NCBI GenBank assembly: GCA_051294905.1
Contig: CM119386.1
Location: forward strand, 22,320,001-22,384,000
Origin: Botryllus schlosseri
Lineage: Eukaryota
DNA length: 64,000 nucleotides
Reading direction: 5' to 3'
Positions 49,834-62,200 of the stretch are shown here, piece after piece. The notes under the pieces were generated by a model. That model was not told where the DNA came from. It searched no databases and saw only the letters and a list, made by a program, of their open reading frames with translations. A program made the translations under genes and the position numbers. The first letter of the stretch is position 1. Every line of letters starts with the position of its first letter.

Positions 49834-52800
49834 TCAATTAAACTTTGTTTGCAACACGTGCGCTATTATTTATGGGCTCCACGAGTGATATGTTTGCGCG
49901 CATATCTGCCGTACCATGGTATTTGCGTTGGTCGAATATTGAGTACTACCTTACCTTGGGGTTCAATAGTGCACTGCGATGATCTGGCCGAGCGTTCGCC
50001 ATGATGTTGTTAACCGGAGTCTTTTTCACGTCTGAACCTAAATGCAAGGCTTTTCCCTTTCGTGAAATGTTAATACGAAAGATGAATTGTCGACTTTGAA
50101 AACCTCCTCTATAATCAAGGCTATAAGTGCTACTATTTTGTTTAGCCGATAAGAGTATACCACGGACAATCCGAACATGGCGAGCATAGCGTACTGTGTA
50201 ACACTCCACCATTTGTTCAGCTCGCGTACTATGGTGATGTATCGCCGATCACTAGGAATGCCCGCGATCTAAACAACACCGAGGCATCAGCTACCGGATC
50301 GCAAAGACGCAGTGAGTCGTTGATAAATGTGCGTGGCAAAATATACTTCTCACGATCGTACATGACAATATTTTGCATTTATCTAGGCTAGTTTATCATT
50401 GCTGTCCGATCGGAATGACTGGTCGAACGAACTAAACCACCTGTTCGACAGGACATCGGGCGTAAGTTATCGTTTTCATTTTTTGTGCATACGTGTGCCT
50501 TAACATCATGATTTCAATCGACCCTTCAGAATGGTTCCTTTGACTCATAACGTATCTGCGGTCCGAAAAACAATGGTTCGACGTGCCATGCCGAGCGAGA
50601 GAGGTCAGTAGCCAGTGATAGATATACTGAGAACGGATTGTATTACTGAAGTAGTGAATCCTTGTCTTCGGGCTCTAATGCGCACTCGTTAGTCGAGATA
50701 CTGTTCACACGAAGGGACTGACATTTTGTAGGCGAGGTATTTTCGCTTGATAATATGATATTTGGACGACACGAACGCGTATGGCCATGAGGTGGGACCA
50801 TGTAAACTTTATTCACGGTGTTACTAAACCATCTAGTGTTTAGGCATGCAAAAAACCGACATTCACCAAGATCGCCCCATATGCGGGGTAACTCTGGAAA
50901 TTCGATAAAGCAAGTTGTTTGTTATGGAAATGGAAATTCTTTATCGGTTAGCCGGGACCTTTCCTGCATGAATCCGGGCAACTACAATAATTGCCTCTCA
51001 TCCATCCTAACATTTTGCTGAGACACGCGTAGTTGTTTAAAAGTCTGCAAGGTGACCCTGTTTTGCGGCATGCTATCTCGTTGGGGTAGTATACGGAAGG
51101 AGACATCAATAATGGTCTAATGACTATGCATGTACAAATTGCACATGTACACTACACGTTACTTTGATGAAACAGCGGGCTTTGTATCGTTCGCTGCGCA
51201 ACATATTATTATTATAGATGTTGAAGTAGTAGTTTATGTGAGTTGGTATTTGTGTTGACCGCGGCCTGTTGGTTACTGAATGCGCGTATATTGTATGGTG
51301 TATCGTGTGGCAGTATTCGCGAAATGCCAACTTATAAATGTCAAATGACGGTCCGAACTGTTACTTTCCAGCAATTACGTTCGCGATACAAGTTGCTTTA
51401 CTTGTTATCGGAACTTGACTAAAAAGGCACAGATATGCTACATTCGAGTTCGGCGATTTGAAACCACGACGCCGTGCTTGAACAGCAATCCGTGCATGAA
51501 GCATGTTACAGTAATGGAAGTCGTCGCGGTGTGCCACTCGACAAATATCAGACGTCACGTTCCGGCCTAACATTTCGTCACGAATATTAGCCGTCGGCTT
51601 GGGTTAACCGGCAACTGCCACGAACGTGAGCTTGCGGTCCCTGTGATATGGTTGACACCGCACTACGGTGACACGCACGACGAAACGAACCATACAGACA
51701 AATGATTAAATATAGTGAACGACAAAGATATTGGATGGGGAACCGTTGCATGAACTGCGACACGATCTGGAAATACCGCTGCGTGCGGATGCAAAGGCAC
51801 CGGTAAGTCGGTATGCACGCGACGTGTCCGCTTACGACTAATCCTGTTATTGCGTTTAGAATTTTGGATGTCTTTGTCGCTAGAGGCAGTTCGGTGATCA
51901 CAATAGCTTACATCTGGCCAACTGAAATCGCTTTCGTGCTAATCGCAGGCGGGCACTGGGCAGCCAACAATCGTGAGTCACGGAGCGAAGTCTGTGCGGA
52001 TGCGCGACTACGCTTGGTGTATTATCGTACGAGTTCCGCAGCACATCCTGTCTCTTCGTCGGGATTGCTCGCACGAAAGCCGAGCCTGTGATCGCGGACC
52101 GTAGCGTCGTGAAATACCTCACCGATACGTTACGGGCGACGTTGGGGACTTAGCAGCACTGTTAAAAGCGAACGGTGAACGGATGAGACCGACAGTATCT
52201 TGGATGGACTCGCGCAACAGGCGGTCGACGACGATTGTTAACGACTAAGTATAGTATAAAATCGTAGCAATCACACACTCTAGATGAGACGATTCGCATC
52301 CGTCAAATCGGTTGCTTGTGCCAGTATAATGTAATCTAACGCCGCACGACTTGGAGTGAGTGACCTTTAGGACTATGCTTCAACTTCTTCCTTTTTCAGC
52401 AGTTGATCGTTATTTCGCGACGCGATATGATCACGATGACAGGTAGTCAGCATGCTGATTTTGAAGCTTTCTTTGCGAGTGAGGGGCTTTCATCGCAGCG
52501 CATCCAGCAATTGAAAGGTGAGTATCGAAGTGCTATAGCTGTAGCAACGTGCTTGTTAACAAACTAATCGTGGCAGTTTGTGCACTTGGCGGTACACAAG
52601 TTCAATATATATATTTGAGTAGTGTATTCATATTGGATGAACAGAAGCTCGTTGGCTGGCGCTCGTCAGGGCTAATGGTCAGCAACCAGGAGATAAGTGG
52701 GTCACGGTAATATTTACGTGTATTTGTGATACATATCAGCAACAGGTGTTGTTGGTTGTGGCTTTTTGTGAGTGTTGAGATTGTTATTTAAACAATTAGA

Positions 52801-54799
52801 GTAGGGTAGACTTTGTGCTTTTCATCTGACTTTTACAAGCGAGCTATATCCACAAAGTTTTTTTTTATAGAATGACATGGATTCGGATACTGTCACCAAG
52901 GTTCGTGATATATACTTGATGCAAATGGATGAGGATGACTAGCAGTGCATACGATATCCCTTGTAGAGCATCATCCTTGGGTTGCATGAAATAGTTACAT
53001 CTGGATCAGTTCCACCGTAATGTTCTTCAAATTGTTGACTATATTAGTATTGACAGATAGTGATATCCGAATTTTAGATCGCTCGGCCGTGTCAAGCGCC
53101 GTGCTTCTTCTCGCCATACCAGTTATTACTCGCTAGCATTGACAGGTGTGTATTATGCAGCACCAAGCACTCTTGATTACCCGTAAATCGGGAAAAGAAA
53201 TTATGCAGTATTTAACAATTTGCTTGATATCCTGGGACTACCTAATTGCAGTGGACATACGGGTGTTTTCTGATGTTATTGAGTACGGCGAGAATTAGGT
53301 AATTCAATATCTTCGTGGTCCTAAATACGTACGCTACTTTTGTACGTTTTATTTGGTAAAGATGTGCCAGGAAGACGGCTAATTTTGGACTGATGAGGTG
53401 TGTGTTTTGTATGGGTTTACAGGATATTGCTCAACAAACCTTTCGAATGAGGTTTATTAGGTAAGAATTGGTGAGAGTGGTGTTAGAACTGAAAAAAGTA
53501 TGATATGTCTAACCCGCTGCATGATCTTAAGCGATGATCTCTTGAATCATATGAGAAGTATTCGTTTATTAATACTGTGGTGCCCATTACCGACGGCTTT
53601 TCCCTCTGTTTTGCTTCATTGGGCCTTATCAATAACATATATGGTGGTAAGGGGGTATCCCACTGGCAAAATCATCAATTGACATAGAGCATTAGCATGT
53701 TACCCTAGTTTAGTGTTTATTTATACTATTTTACATGTGCTTGTATGATGTACTTCCCCTCGCTACTTATTTGAGGTATACATTGCCTCATCATGTTGAC
53801 CATGCAGCTATTTATGAGTATTTGGTGAGTTGTCAAAGTATCCTACATCCGATTACAAGATATCTGCTGATTGTCTGTGACACCCTTTCAAGATTTGGAC
53901 ATACTTTTTTATTAACCTTTTCCTCCCTTTTTACAATATCACCACGGCGGTCATAACTAATATACTTTACGGCACACTGTTATCTCGATAAAGCTGTCAG
54001 TTCGATATTTGTAAATATCACATTTACCACTGTCCAAACATATCATGTTTGAAAAAATGTGAGGTTACGACTTTGGACATAACCGTTACTCATAATGATA
54101 ATAGAGTAAGCCCAATGAGAGTTTTTGTCATGGGTTAAGACTAGTTAGAGGCATGAGCTTCCAGGTTTCGAATATGTAACTCGCATGCTATCTATGTGTA
54201 GATGTACAAGTTATTACAACAATCAACTCTCATGTCACTATCCCCCGCCGTTCATTTCTCAATGTGCGCTGAAGTTTATCTGATACTGAAATTAATCGAC
54301 CTTTTACTGAGAGTACGGCTGGTTCTGTATCTCGAACAAATAATTGGCCATCCTGCGGCAACCCCTTTTCATCAATAAATATTCAAAGCTTTTACTTCCT
54401 AGTGTCAAAAGCTATCACGGCATACGTTACTAGTTTCAATATTAATATTTATGCAATTTGGTGGATTACCACTGTTTAAAGAAGCTTCCAGCCAGCTGAA
54501 AAGGGATTTGCACGTGATTACCGGAATTGTCGCAAAGTCTTGCATCCGTTGAGGCATTAATCTGTACAGCTGCGTGGTCGGATACTGAAAAAAGACTTGT
54601 CTCTCTCTGGTCTTTCGGAACGTTCCCTACTTTGGGGCGACATCACACGGGTAAGTGCATGCAATTAGAACAATATCTTATTGCTTTGTTATAGATAATA
54701 TGTGCAAAGGATTGTATCTTCGATTCATTGAGAATGAATGAAATGGAGTTCAGTGTATGTCGCACGGTTTCGCGTTGTAAGTCAATGTCATTGTTTTAG

Positions 54800-55650
54800 T
54801 TTTTAATCGAGTCGACTCGGTCCTTCTCAAGTCGCTAACGAGACCAGTGCCTGTGATCGAGCGGAGTTTAGAGTACAACTCATGCTATTATGACTCGAGT
54901 CTGTGTCAAGGTCATAGTGTTGGCTGATAAGTTTTATGATAAGATATTATGAAACCGACAGTTATATCTTAGTTTAGTAATGTTGAATGGTTAGCATTTA
55001 TATTATGCTACCTTTCCTCAATTTTAACAGTATCTGGTAGTATTGAGATTACTCGACTCCTTAGTTGACTCGAGTAACCTTTTTACTACGACATGACTTG
55101 ACTCGGCGTATCGAAGATGCGGAGTTATTCCTGACTCTGAGCAAAATTCACTAATCGGTTCCACAGTCATCAAATAGTCTGTGTCGATATAGGTATTTCT
55201 ATCCTGCATGTGTTCGGATCGTTTGAAAAATCCCGATGTAACTCTTGAAAGTTCCATGATCGATCGTTTCACTGAGCCTCCGTTGTTCTCTCATAAATGA
55301 GTCGATTGCAAACGTGATAAAGGCTTACATTGACGTTGTCTTGACCCGAATAACCGTTGAAAATCTATTGACTCGACTGAGTCTAGTTGAAATGTCTGAT
55401 AAATCGTGACTGGCAGTTAGTAACATGATCCCGACACTGGTAGCTGGTTGCGTTTCAAAGAGCCATTGCCAACAGACGAACTCGCAACAGCATGGTTGTA
55501 CTTTACTAGTATTATTGAACTACAAGGAAAGTCACTCGTAGCCGTCTGAATATCAAGTGATATGACTTGGTGCGAGTCGCGCGTACTGACTCGTGGTCAA
55601 GTCGAGTCGACGCACGTAGTGATTCAAAGCACAACAACCCTGTTATATTA
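54800..55650. repeat. GACTCGAGTC-rich MITE-like repeat
   Basis: Repeated GAGTCGACTC / GACTCGAGT / CAAGTCGAGTC motifs, right end ACAACAACCCTG. Confidence 0.5.
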
Positions 55651-56249
55651 GTACATTAAAGGATCTGAATCCGTGAACTAGCATTCAATGCAGTCTTGCC
55701 TTTATAATTGATAATCGTTCTTGTAGACGCAGGCACTATGTCACCGGTAAGGCAATATTCCGGACATTAGATCGCACCATGCACAGACAATGATATACGA
55801 ACAAAATACTAAGGAATGATGCTTGTATTGGACAAGACCTGTAAGGTCGACGCGGACTCACCAGTAGCCTCGGAGTTGCTTGAGAGCAGCCGCTAAATTA
55901 TTCGACATTTCCAGTTCCATATTGGTGAAGCACTGGTAAAGCTGCAACAATTACAACTAGGAGGTACTAATACGAAACGAAACTAGGAAATAAGACCACG
56001 ATATCTGCATTCTCATTGCAACAGGTACTTGCTAGGGAGTACTGAAACCTTCAGTTTCTATGAGTGTAAGAGTTGAACATCATGCTATAGCTCGGTAAGA
56101 ATGTTGAGGTCAATGAGTTTCGTAGCATCTATTGTGGACAATGACGATTGTGCAGACCAGGGGCAGGAAACCCATGGCCGTCGAAAGGGTGGTAGTAGTT
56201 GCAATAAAAACTTTCAATTAATTTCAGGCCCTGCCATTGACATCAACAG

Positions 56250-56410
56250 CAAATATTCGGAAGTTCCACTCTGGTGGTTACAAAGCATGGAAACGGGACG
56301 ATTCGTGGATGGATTGTGACTGAGAGCCAAACGGTTGCGTGTCGCGACGGCGACACGGTCCTGGACGTGTTGCTAAACATAATGGCTTGCAATTGTGTTC
56401 GGAACCTGAT
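56250..56410 (+). pseudogene. Possible remnant of a transposon-associated Cys-rich C-terminal region
   Basis: KHGNGTIRGWIVTESQTVACRDGDTVLDVLLNIMACNC resembles the GW...LLxxxxCxC tail seen in uncharacterised DNA-transposon proteins (recalled pattern only). Confidence 0.22.
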
Positions 56411-57687
56411 TATCCCAAAGAATTGTGGCTCCGTTTTCGAGCAGTATGTTGCAGTCGGCTACACCAATTATCCATATGTATCTATCGAGCCATGTGATAT
56501 TTTTCACCAACTCAACCAGTCAGTCGTAGCAGAAGACGTGTGTCGCATGCGGCTCGACGTTGCAATCGCTGGTTGATCCGTACGTCCGTGAAGTTTGCAA
56601 TTGTACTCTTGCCTTGTCATATACTGTCCAGTCACCTTATATTGTGAATAGTCCAGCAATGCCTTGCAATTGTTCAGAGTAGCTTATATTTTTCTTACGC
56701 GTTTCCTAGTACAATGCTTGTTGGTACTTTTGGTTTGGCATCTCGCTGTGAAGGCAATCCAAACCATCTTACACTTTGTCTAAACTGGTACTTATCGAAA
56801 TTATACTGCCGACTTGTGTTAGCAATCTCGCATACTTTTGAAAGTGTGCTAGCAGCTCGACTGTTCGGTGTCCCTTAACTTTTGTTTATGCGTGTTCCCA
56901 TTATAACCATAACGTCGAGTATCAGTTTTTGCCGTACCATTTTCTACAACTCGTCTAATTAATTTATATTTCTGATTTCACATGACATGTATTTTGTGAG
57001 TCTTGCCAACGAGCTCAGTGGTGCTCAGTCCTGTATATGACCTGGATGCGCTGTGATATTGGACGGGTTCATGAAATCAGTGATAAGTGCAAGGTTTTTT
57101 CACACCTTTCAATTAACGTCTACCAGGTGCATTTATTTTTTAACCTGACGTGTTGCCAACATGCGCTTTAGTTGCTTCGTTTATAATAACATGCTGATGT
57201 AACGCTGGTTTCGAACGGGGAAAGTCGTCAGCACGACAGCTTCTACCATATAGTGTCAGGTAAAAGACAACCACGGCTGCCGACATGCGCGCCAGATTAT
57301 TGAGTAATCTCTGTCAAGCAGGGCATGGTATGGTATGGTATGGAAAGAGAATTTTCCATACTCCATACTTGCCTTACTCTCTCCATACCATACTTGCAAT
57401 TTTCCATACCATACCAACATTGTTCCATACCATACTTGATACACATTCCATACTTTCAAATAATTCAATATCATAAGTTATAGTACCTTTTATAGCACCT
57501 ATATTATTGATATTTCGGATGTCGTTATTGCTTAAACTAGCCATGCTGCGAATCTAATTCTGGTACTAGTTTTACATAGTCTGTTTTGATGAGGTTTAGA
57601 TCACGGTGGTGAGGTGCCGTGTACATCTACAGCTTCCGCGAGCAAAATGAGACAGTCAGCAGATTGTTATCTATAGGTCCGTGCATA

Positions 57688-58080
57688 AAAGGGAGTGGCA
57701 ACATACGGCCCGCAACAAGATTTTGTCCAGCCCGCGGACAGTTTCCCGTCTTACATGATAATGTGGCCCGCGGCCCCAGTCTGTCGAGATTCCCCCCTAC
57801 TTGCCTAAACGTCAAATTTTAGTGACTGTATGTTATCATATAGGTGCGCTTACAGCGCTTACGCGTAAGTTCGTCGAAGCGAGAAGAGTTGCATTATAGG
57901 CATTTACGATGTACTCAACCCTAAGGAATTGATATCTTGGTAAATTTTGGGTACCGGGCTTATCAAACGTTTGAAATCTTAATTAAGGATTGCACCGTGA
58001 GTTAGTTGATCAGAGAGAAGCAGACACGGCGGCGCCTGCATGACAGTGCTATTCTCAAATCCACATTGTATTGTCATTAT
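57688..58080 (+). mobile_element. Nested partial copy of the 12891-13753 MITE family
   Basis: GGCAACATACGGCCCGC...CCAGCCCGCGGACAG...CGTAAGTTCGTCG...GGCATTTACGATGTACTCAACCC is the reverse complement of 13490-13740. The homology continues to CTCAAATCCACATTG (compare 13088-13100). Confidence 0.6.
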
Positions 58081-58639
58081 CGGCGAGAAATGGCTTTGAA
58101 GTGTCATTGCTGTCGATAAAATACATTCATTAAATACGATTTATTTCTTGTATATATGGGCGAATAATTTATCCATTCAGCAATCCCGCCAGCCAAGCCC
58201 CTGCTCCGTAAGAATATCACCGCATTTCCGGTACATTGGCATGAGGCACATGCAAGTCTGAAGTAAATACTCCAAACATAATTTATAATATAGGCGCACC
58301 CATAAAATATCTCAGCTGCTGGCGATCAATACTGCAGCGATCTGCGTGATTATTAGTACAGTATTTGGTTGGGGTTGGCGTGGCGAGAATTCCAAACTAT
58401 ATCTACCTCACGCCCTGATCTATAATTCTAATGCGAGAGCGTTTGAAATATGACCAATAAGATATCTCGGTATGTAAATAATATAAATGTGCGGACAATG
58501 TTTCAGAAAAAATGTAATCATCAATCACTTTGATAATTTATTACGTTGCATCATAATTGCCCGTAAGCTGTCGTCACTCAAGAAATGAAGTACTAGTTGG
58601 AGTAGCCTACATTACCAATTATTGCGTCACATGATAGAC

Positions 58640-59450
58640 CAGGGGTGGGCAAACTTTTGAGCTCGCGGGTCGCATTCAACTTCTGAATCCATTCGCAGGC
58701 CGCACCAAAACGCAATATTGGTATTTGATCACATAGCGAGGACATGGAGATAATATATAGGCTTAAAACCAAACATTGCTTTGATGATATAGTACACGCG
58801 TCAGAAACAGTGGCGAGATTTCATAGGCTGGTCGAACTCAATAACCAATGTGTCAAAACTGTAGAAATGAAAGTCGATTGTCCCTATTCTTAGAACAGGA
58901 TTGAAATTTGAATATGTGAGCACTGAGCAGCTAACTGCTCATAGATTTACTAATTCCACTTTGGTTTAATGCCAGGACACACAACGCTGACAGCATCATA
59001 ACCATGTTAGCATCAAACACGCTTGTACTATGTGTGATAAAACATAAACACCCTAATTCTACGCATACAAAGAACGAATCGGATAGTTAGATGGCATGAA
59101 AGATGACGACTGTTGATGAGAGATTTTTGAATATGAAATTGATACTAAACACAGAGCCATAACTGGGATTTGATGTAAATCGCGCGAAGCGCGAAAAATT
59201 TTTTCATTTGAGATCAGCTTCGCGGCCCCTTTCGGATGCTTTCACGCCCCCAAGGGGGCGAGCGGCTCAGTTTGAAAAACGCTGCCTCAGAATTATCATG
59301 TTGCAATATACTAAGAAAAAGTTGCATTAATTCGATTTTTAGTAAGCATTTTATCAATATTTTTAATAAATTTCTTCAGACTCTCGCGGGCCGCACAGAA
59401 CGGTGTTGCAGGCCACATGCGGCCCGCGGGCCGTAGTTTGCCCACCCCTG
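58640..59450. mobile_element. Nested hAT (Buster/Charlie-like) MITE, 811 bp
   Basis: 15-bp perfect TIRs CAGGGGTGGGCAAAC / GTTTGCCCACCCCTG. Perfect 8-bp TSD TGATAGAC (58632-58639 and 59451-59458). Confidence 0.93.
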
Positions 59451-60155
59451 TGATAGACTATGCTCGGAGACGTCGTGTCTAGACTCGAAGGAATATCGAA
59501 TCGACATTACTGTTGTCATTATTGCATCACAAAATCATGTCATTCCAAGTGCTCCTAAAACCGTTGCACAAGCGTGTATTTGTTCCAACACAGCTTTTAA
59601 TAGTTCACGTTCACGCATAACACAAGCGATCGTATTCCGTGAACAGCGAACAACGTACGCTTCATGAATCAGATTCACAGATCACGATAAAATGTATAAA
59701 ACACCAAAGTATGGAAGTATGGAAATGTCGTTCCATACCATAGATTAAAATCTTCCATTCCATACCATACTTGCATTGTTCCATATTCCATACCAAAATA
59801 TCGATCCATACCATACCATACTTCCATACCATACCATACCATACCATACCATGCCCTGCTGTCAAGGCGTGTCATGCCGACTCTATAGCAACAGAAGCTA
59901 GGTCGCGAAACTCGGAATTAGAAAGCGTGTACGTCACAGAGCATATAGTCGACGGCATCAAGAGCAGTTATTGTGGTCGATCTTTTGACTTGAGAGTGAT
60001 ATCGTTTGTGATGTTGGCGACGCTCAACTATTTAGTTTGTGGGCACCGATGATAGTACACATAAGAGGATTTCGCATGAAGCCTATCGCGAGACTGTGTG
60101 TGGGCTAGGTAACCTGCTGCTGGAACCGTTGGCAGGGATATAACAGCAGTTAGTC

Positions 60156-60428
60156 GGCCCATCAAGCGATATAATGTGGTGGTTGTGCGTCCAGCTTCTC
60201 GATCGTAGGTCATGGGTTCGATCCCTGGCCGGGTGCGACCAAAGACTCGAAAACTGGTATTCGCGGCTATCATGCTCGGCGCTCAGCAATCACAGATAGC
60301 ACGGAGGTGAGAAAATACGCGGGAGCGGACTAGATGACCTTTGTTATGCCGTATCGCATCTCCGTCGTCAAAGCATGTCGACGGTGCATGCGACAAAGAA
60401 GACCACATCTCTTTCTATCTCTCTCTCT
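60156..60428 (+). mobile_element. tRNA-derived SINE with a conserved central domain (Meta/V-SINE-like) and LINE-like (CT)n tail
   Basis: tRNA-like head with B-box GGTTCGATCC (60215-60224), then the core CCAAAGACTCGAAAACTGGTATTCGCGGCTATCATGCTCGGCGCTCAGCA. The tail contains GACTAGATGACCTT and ends in CT repeats. The domain name is from memory and needs a Dfam check. Confidence 0.75.
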
Positions 60429-61894
60429 GTATGGGGTGATAAAACGACGGGCGTCTGCATGTTCGCATTTCAACGAAATGAAGGTGGTGCTGTCCAGTGA
60501 ACCAGCGCGAGGCGCGGATATTTGGATATTTAATGGTCGAACCAGTGATAAAGATCGAGAATGTCCGCATGGTGGTACTCTCTGCTCACGTAATCATATT
60601 TACCGGCAGAGGTGAGTAGGTGGTGTCTTTGAAACGGTAGACCTCGTAAAATTTAGCATATTCGATCGGGCGGACACCTTGATATAACTTATTTACATTA
60701 TGTTATATCGTGGCCTCCGGTCTGCTGTACGAAAAACGTGGAATTGTCCACATCTAATAAACTGATAGATCACTCGATTTAGGCTTGGTATTTATTCACG
60801 GCGCGGTCTTTGTTTTTGTTGGGTGGTGTGTGTCTTGTGAGGAACATATTGTCAGAATAGGAGCATTAGGCACCATTCGCTCATGTGCGTATATGATAAA
60901 TGCATTTCTTTACGGCCAAGGATTATTCGCTGCCGGGCGTTATGGCACACCTATTGCAGTTACATGTGGCATGACCTCAAACTGAACGTATGCTGGTACG
61001 TTGTGGTGCAATAATGGCCGTTGCCGATATGCTTACATTGTTTCTAGAAATCTAGCCCGATTCATTTTTAGGATGAAACTAGCAAACAATCATTATATGT
61101 GCCGAATTTCATTCGCGCCCAGCGCAAAACGTTATCGAGAAAGTTGCGTAAATGTTTCAAAAACACTCCATAAATGTGCCAATTCACGAAATAAATCGAG
61201 ACCCCTTCGAGTTCGGCACGCCTCAATTAGGGGATTCTACTTGCGGCAGTTATGGCCGTGGCTGCAGGACTACCAATTACCCAGCTTTTATTCGGATAAG
61301 CACTGCTTATCCCGGCGTATGCAACCAGGAGTTACGAATTGCACATCTAGTTATCACAGTGTCACCACGCGTTCTATTTGGTGATTTTGTTTTAAGTGTC
61401 CGCGGTTGGCGCCCGAAGGGCATATCTTTGGAAATTTCGTATTATTATCTGTGTAGATTGGTTGAACATATCACCAAATCCACTGATAAACATTAACCCG
61501 AGACAGCTCATGTTTGGGTCAATTTGACTCGAGGCGAGGAAATAGATGAGTCATATTTTCATGCGCGGTCAGATTGTTATTGACAGCCATATAACCTAAA
61601 AGGCCATATGCACTATCAATGGGAATAAATCACTAGCGGGATATCTTTATTTCCTCGCTGCTCTAAGCAAATGATTTAGCATGGGTCAGATTGTGAAGGC
61701 ATAGTGGCCTGACTAAGTCCGGCTGTTTATATGATTATTTCGCATTGTTTAGTCACGTGAAGTCAACGAGACATGACGAATAGCTTTCCGATTGTTGTAT
61801 TGTAATCATTGTTGTAATAAATAACTTATGGGGGGTGTTTGACCACAGCTCGCCATTCGTGTACTGGTATTAGGCCTCAGCGGGAGCTTCGAAA

Positions 61895-62200
61895 TGGGAG
61901 AGCGTAGGGTGCAATGTTCCAAAAGGTAGATCTATCGTTGTAACGCTCCGCGGAGGTTATTAGACCGATGTATAGCGAAATTGGTGAGCAAAATAGCATA
62001 TTAACTGATGTGGTCATATTAACTCCACCTGACCCATCGTGTGACGATATCCCAACTCAGTGGCATCGGATGGGTAGAGAGTAGGGTTCGATGTACGAAA
62101 AGGTGATGCATTGTTATAACGTCACGCAGGAGGTTATTGGACAGATCTACGGCGACATTGGTAATAAATTAGGCATATTAACCGATGGGGTTGATTGGCC
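61895..62200 (+). repeat. Diverged 177-bp (59-codon) tandem duplication in a stop-interrupted reading frame
   Basis: GAGCGTAGGGTGCAATGTTCCAAAAGGT...GGAGGTTATT...GCATATTAACTGATG versus GAGAGTAGGGTTCGATGTACGAAAAGGT...GGAGGTTATT...GCATATTAACCGATG. ATGs at 61914 and 62091. Confidence 0.65.

Larger units (their letters stand above)
57319..59858. mobile_element. Composite non-autonomous hAT element with (CCATA)n subterminal arrays, hosting nested MITEs
   Basis: TIRs CAGGGCATGGTATGGTATGGTATGG / CCATACCATACCATACCATGCCCTG. Perfect 8-bp TSD CTGTCAAG (57311-57318 and 59859-59866). CCATA/TATGG arrays at 57327-57450 and 59710-59850. Confidence 0.9.

Noticed and set aside
57256-59875. Tyr/Gly/Met/Trp-rich ORFs (57256-57474, 59662-59875, 59771-60052)
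   Set aside because: They are translations of the (CCATA)n subterminal arrays of the hAT element.
60170-60235. tRNA gene
   Set aside because: It has a B-box but no complete cloverleaf or acceptor stem, and it continues into a SINE core and tail.
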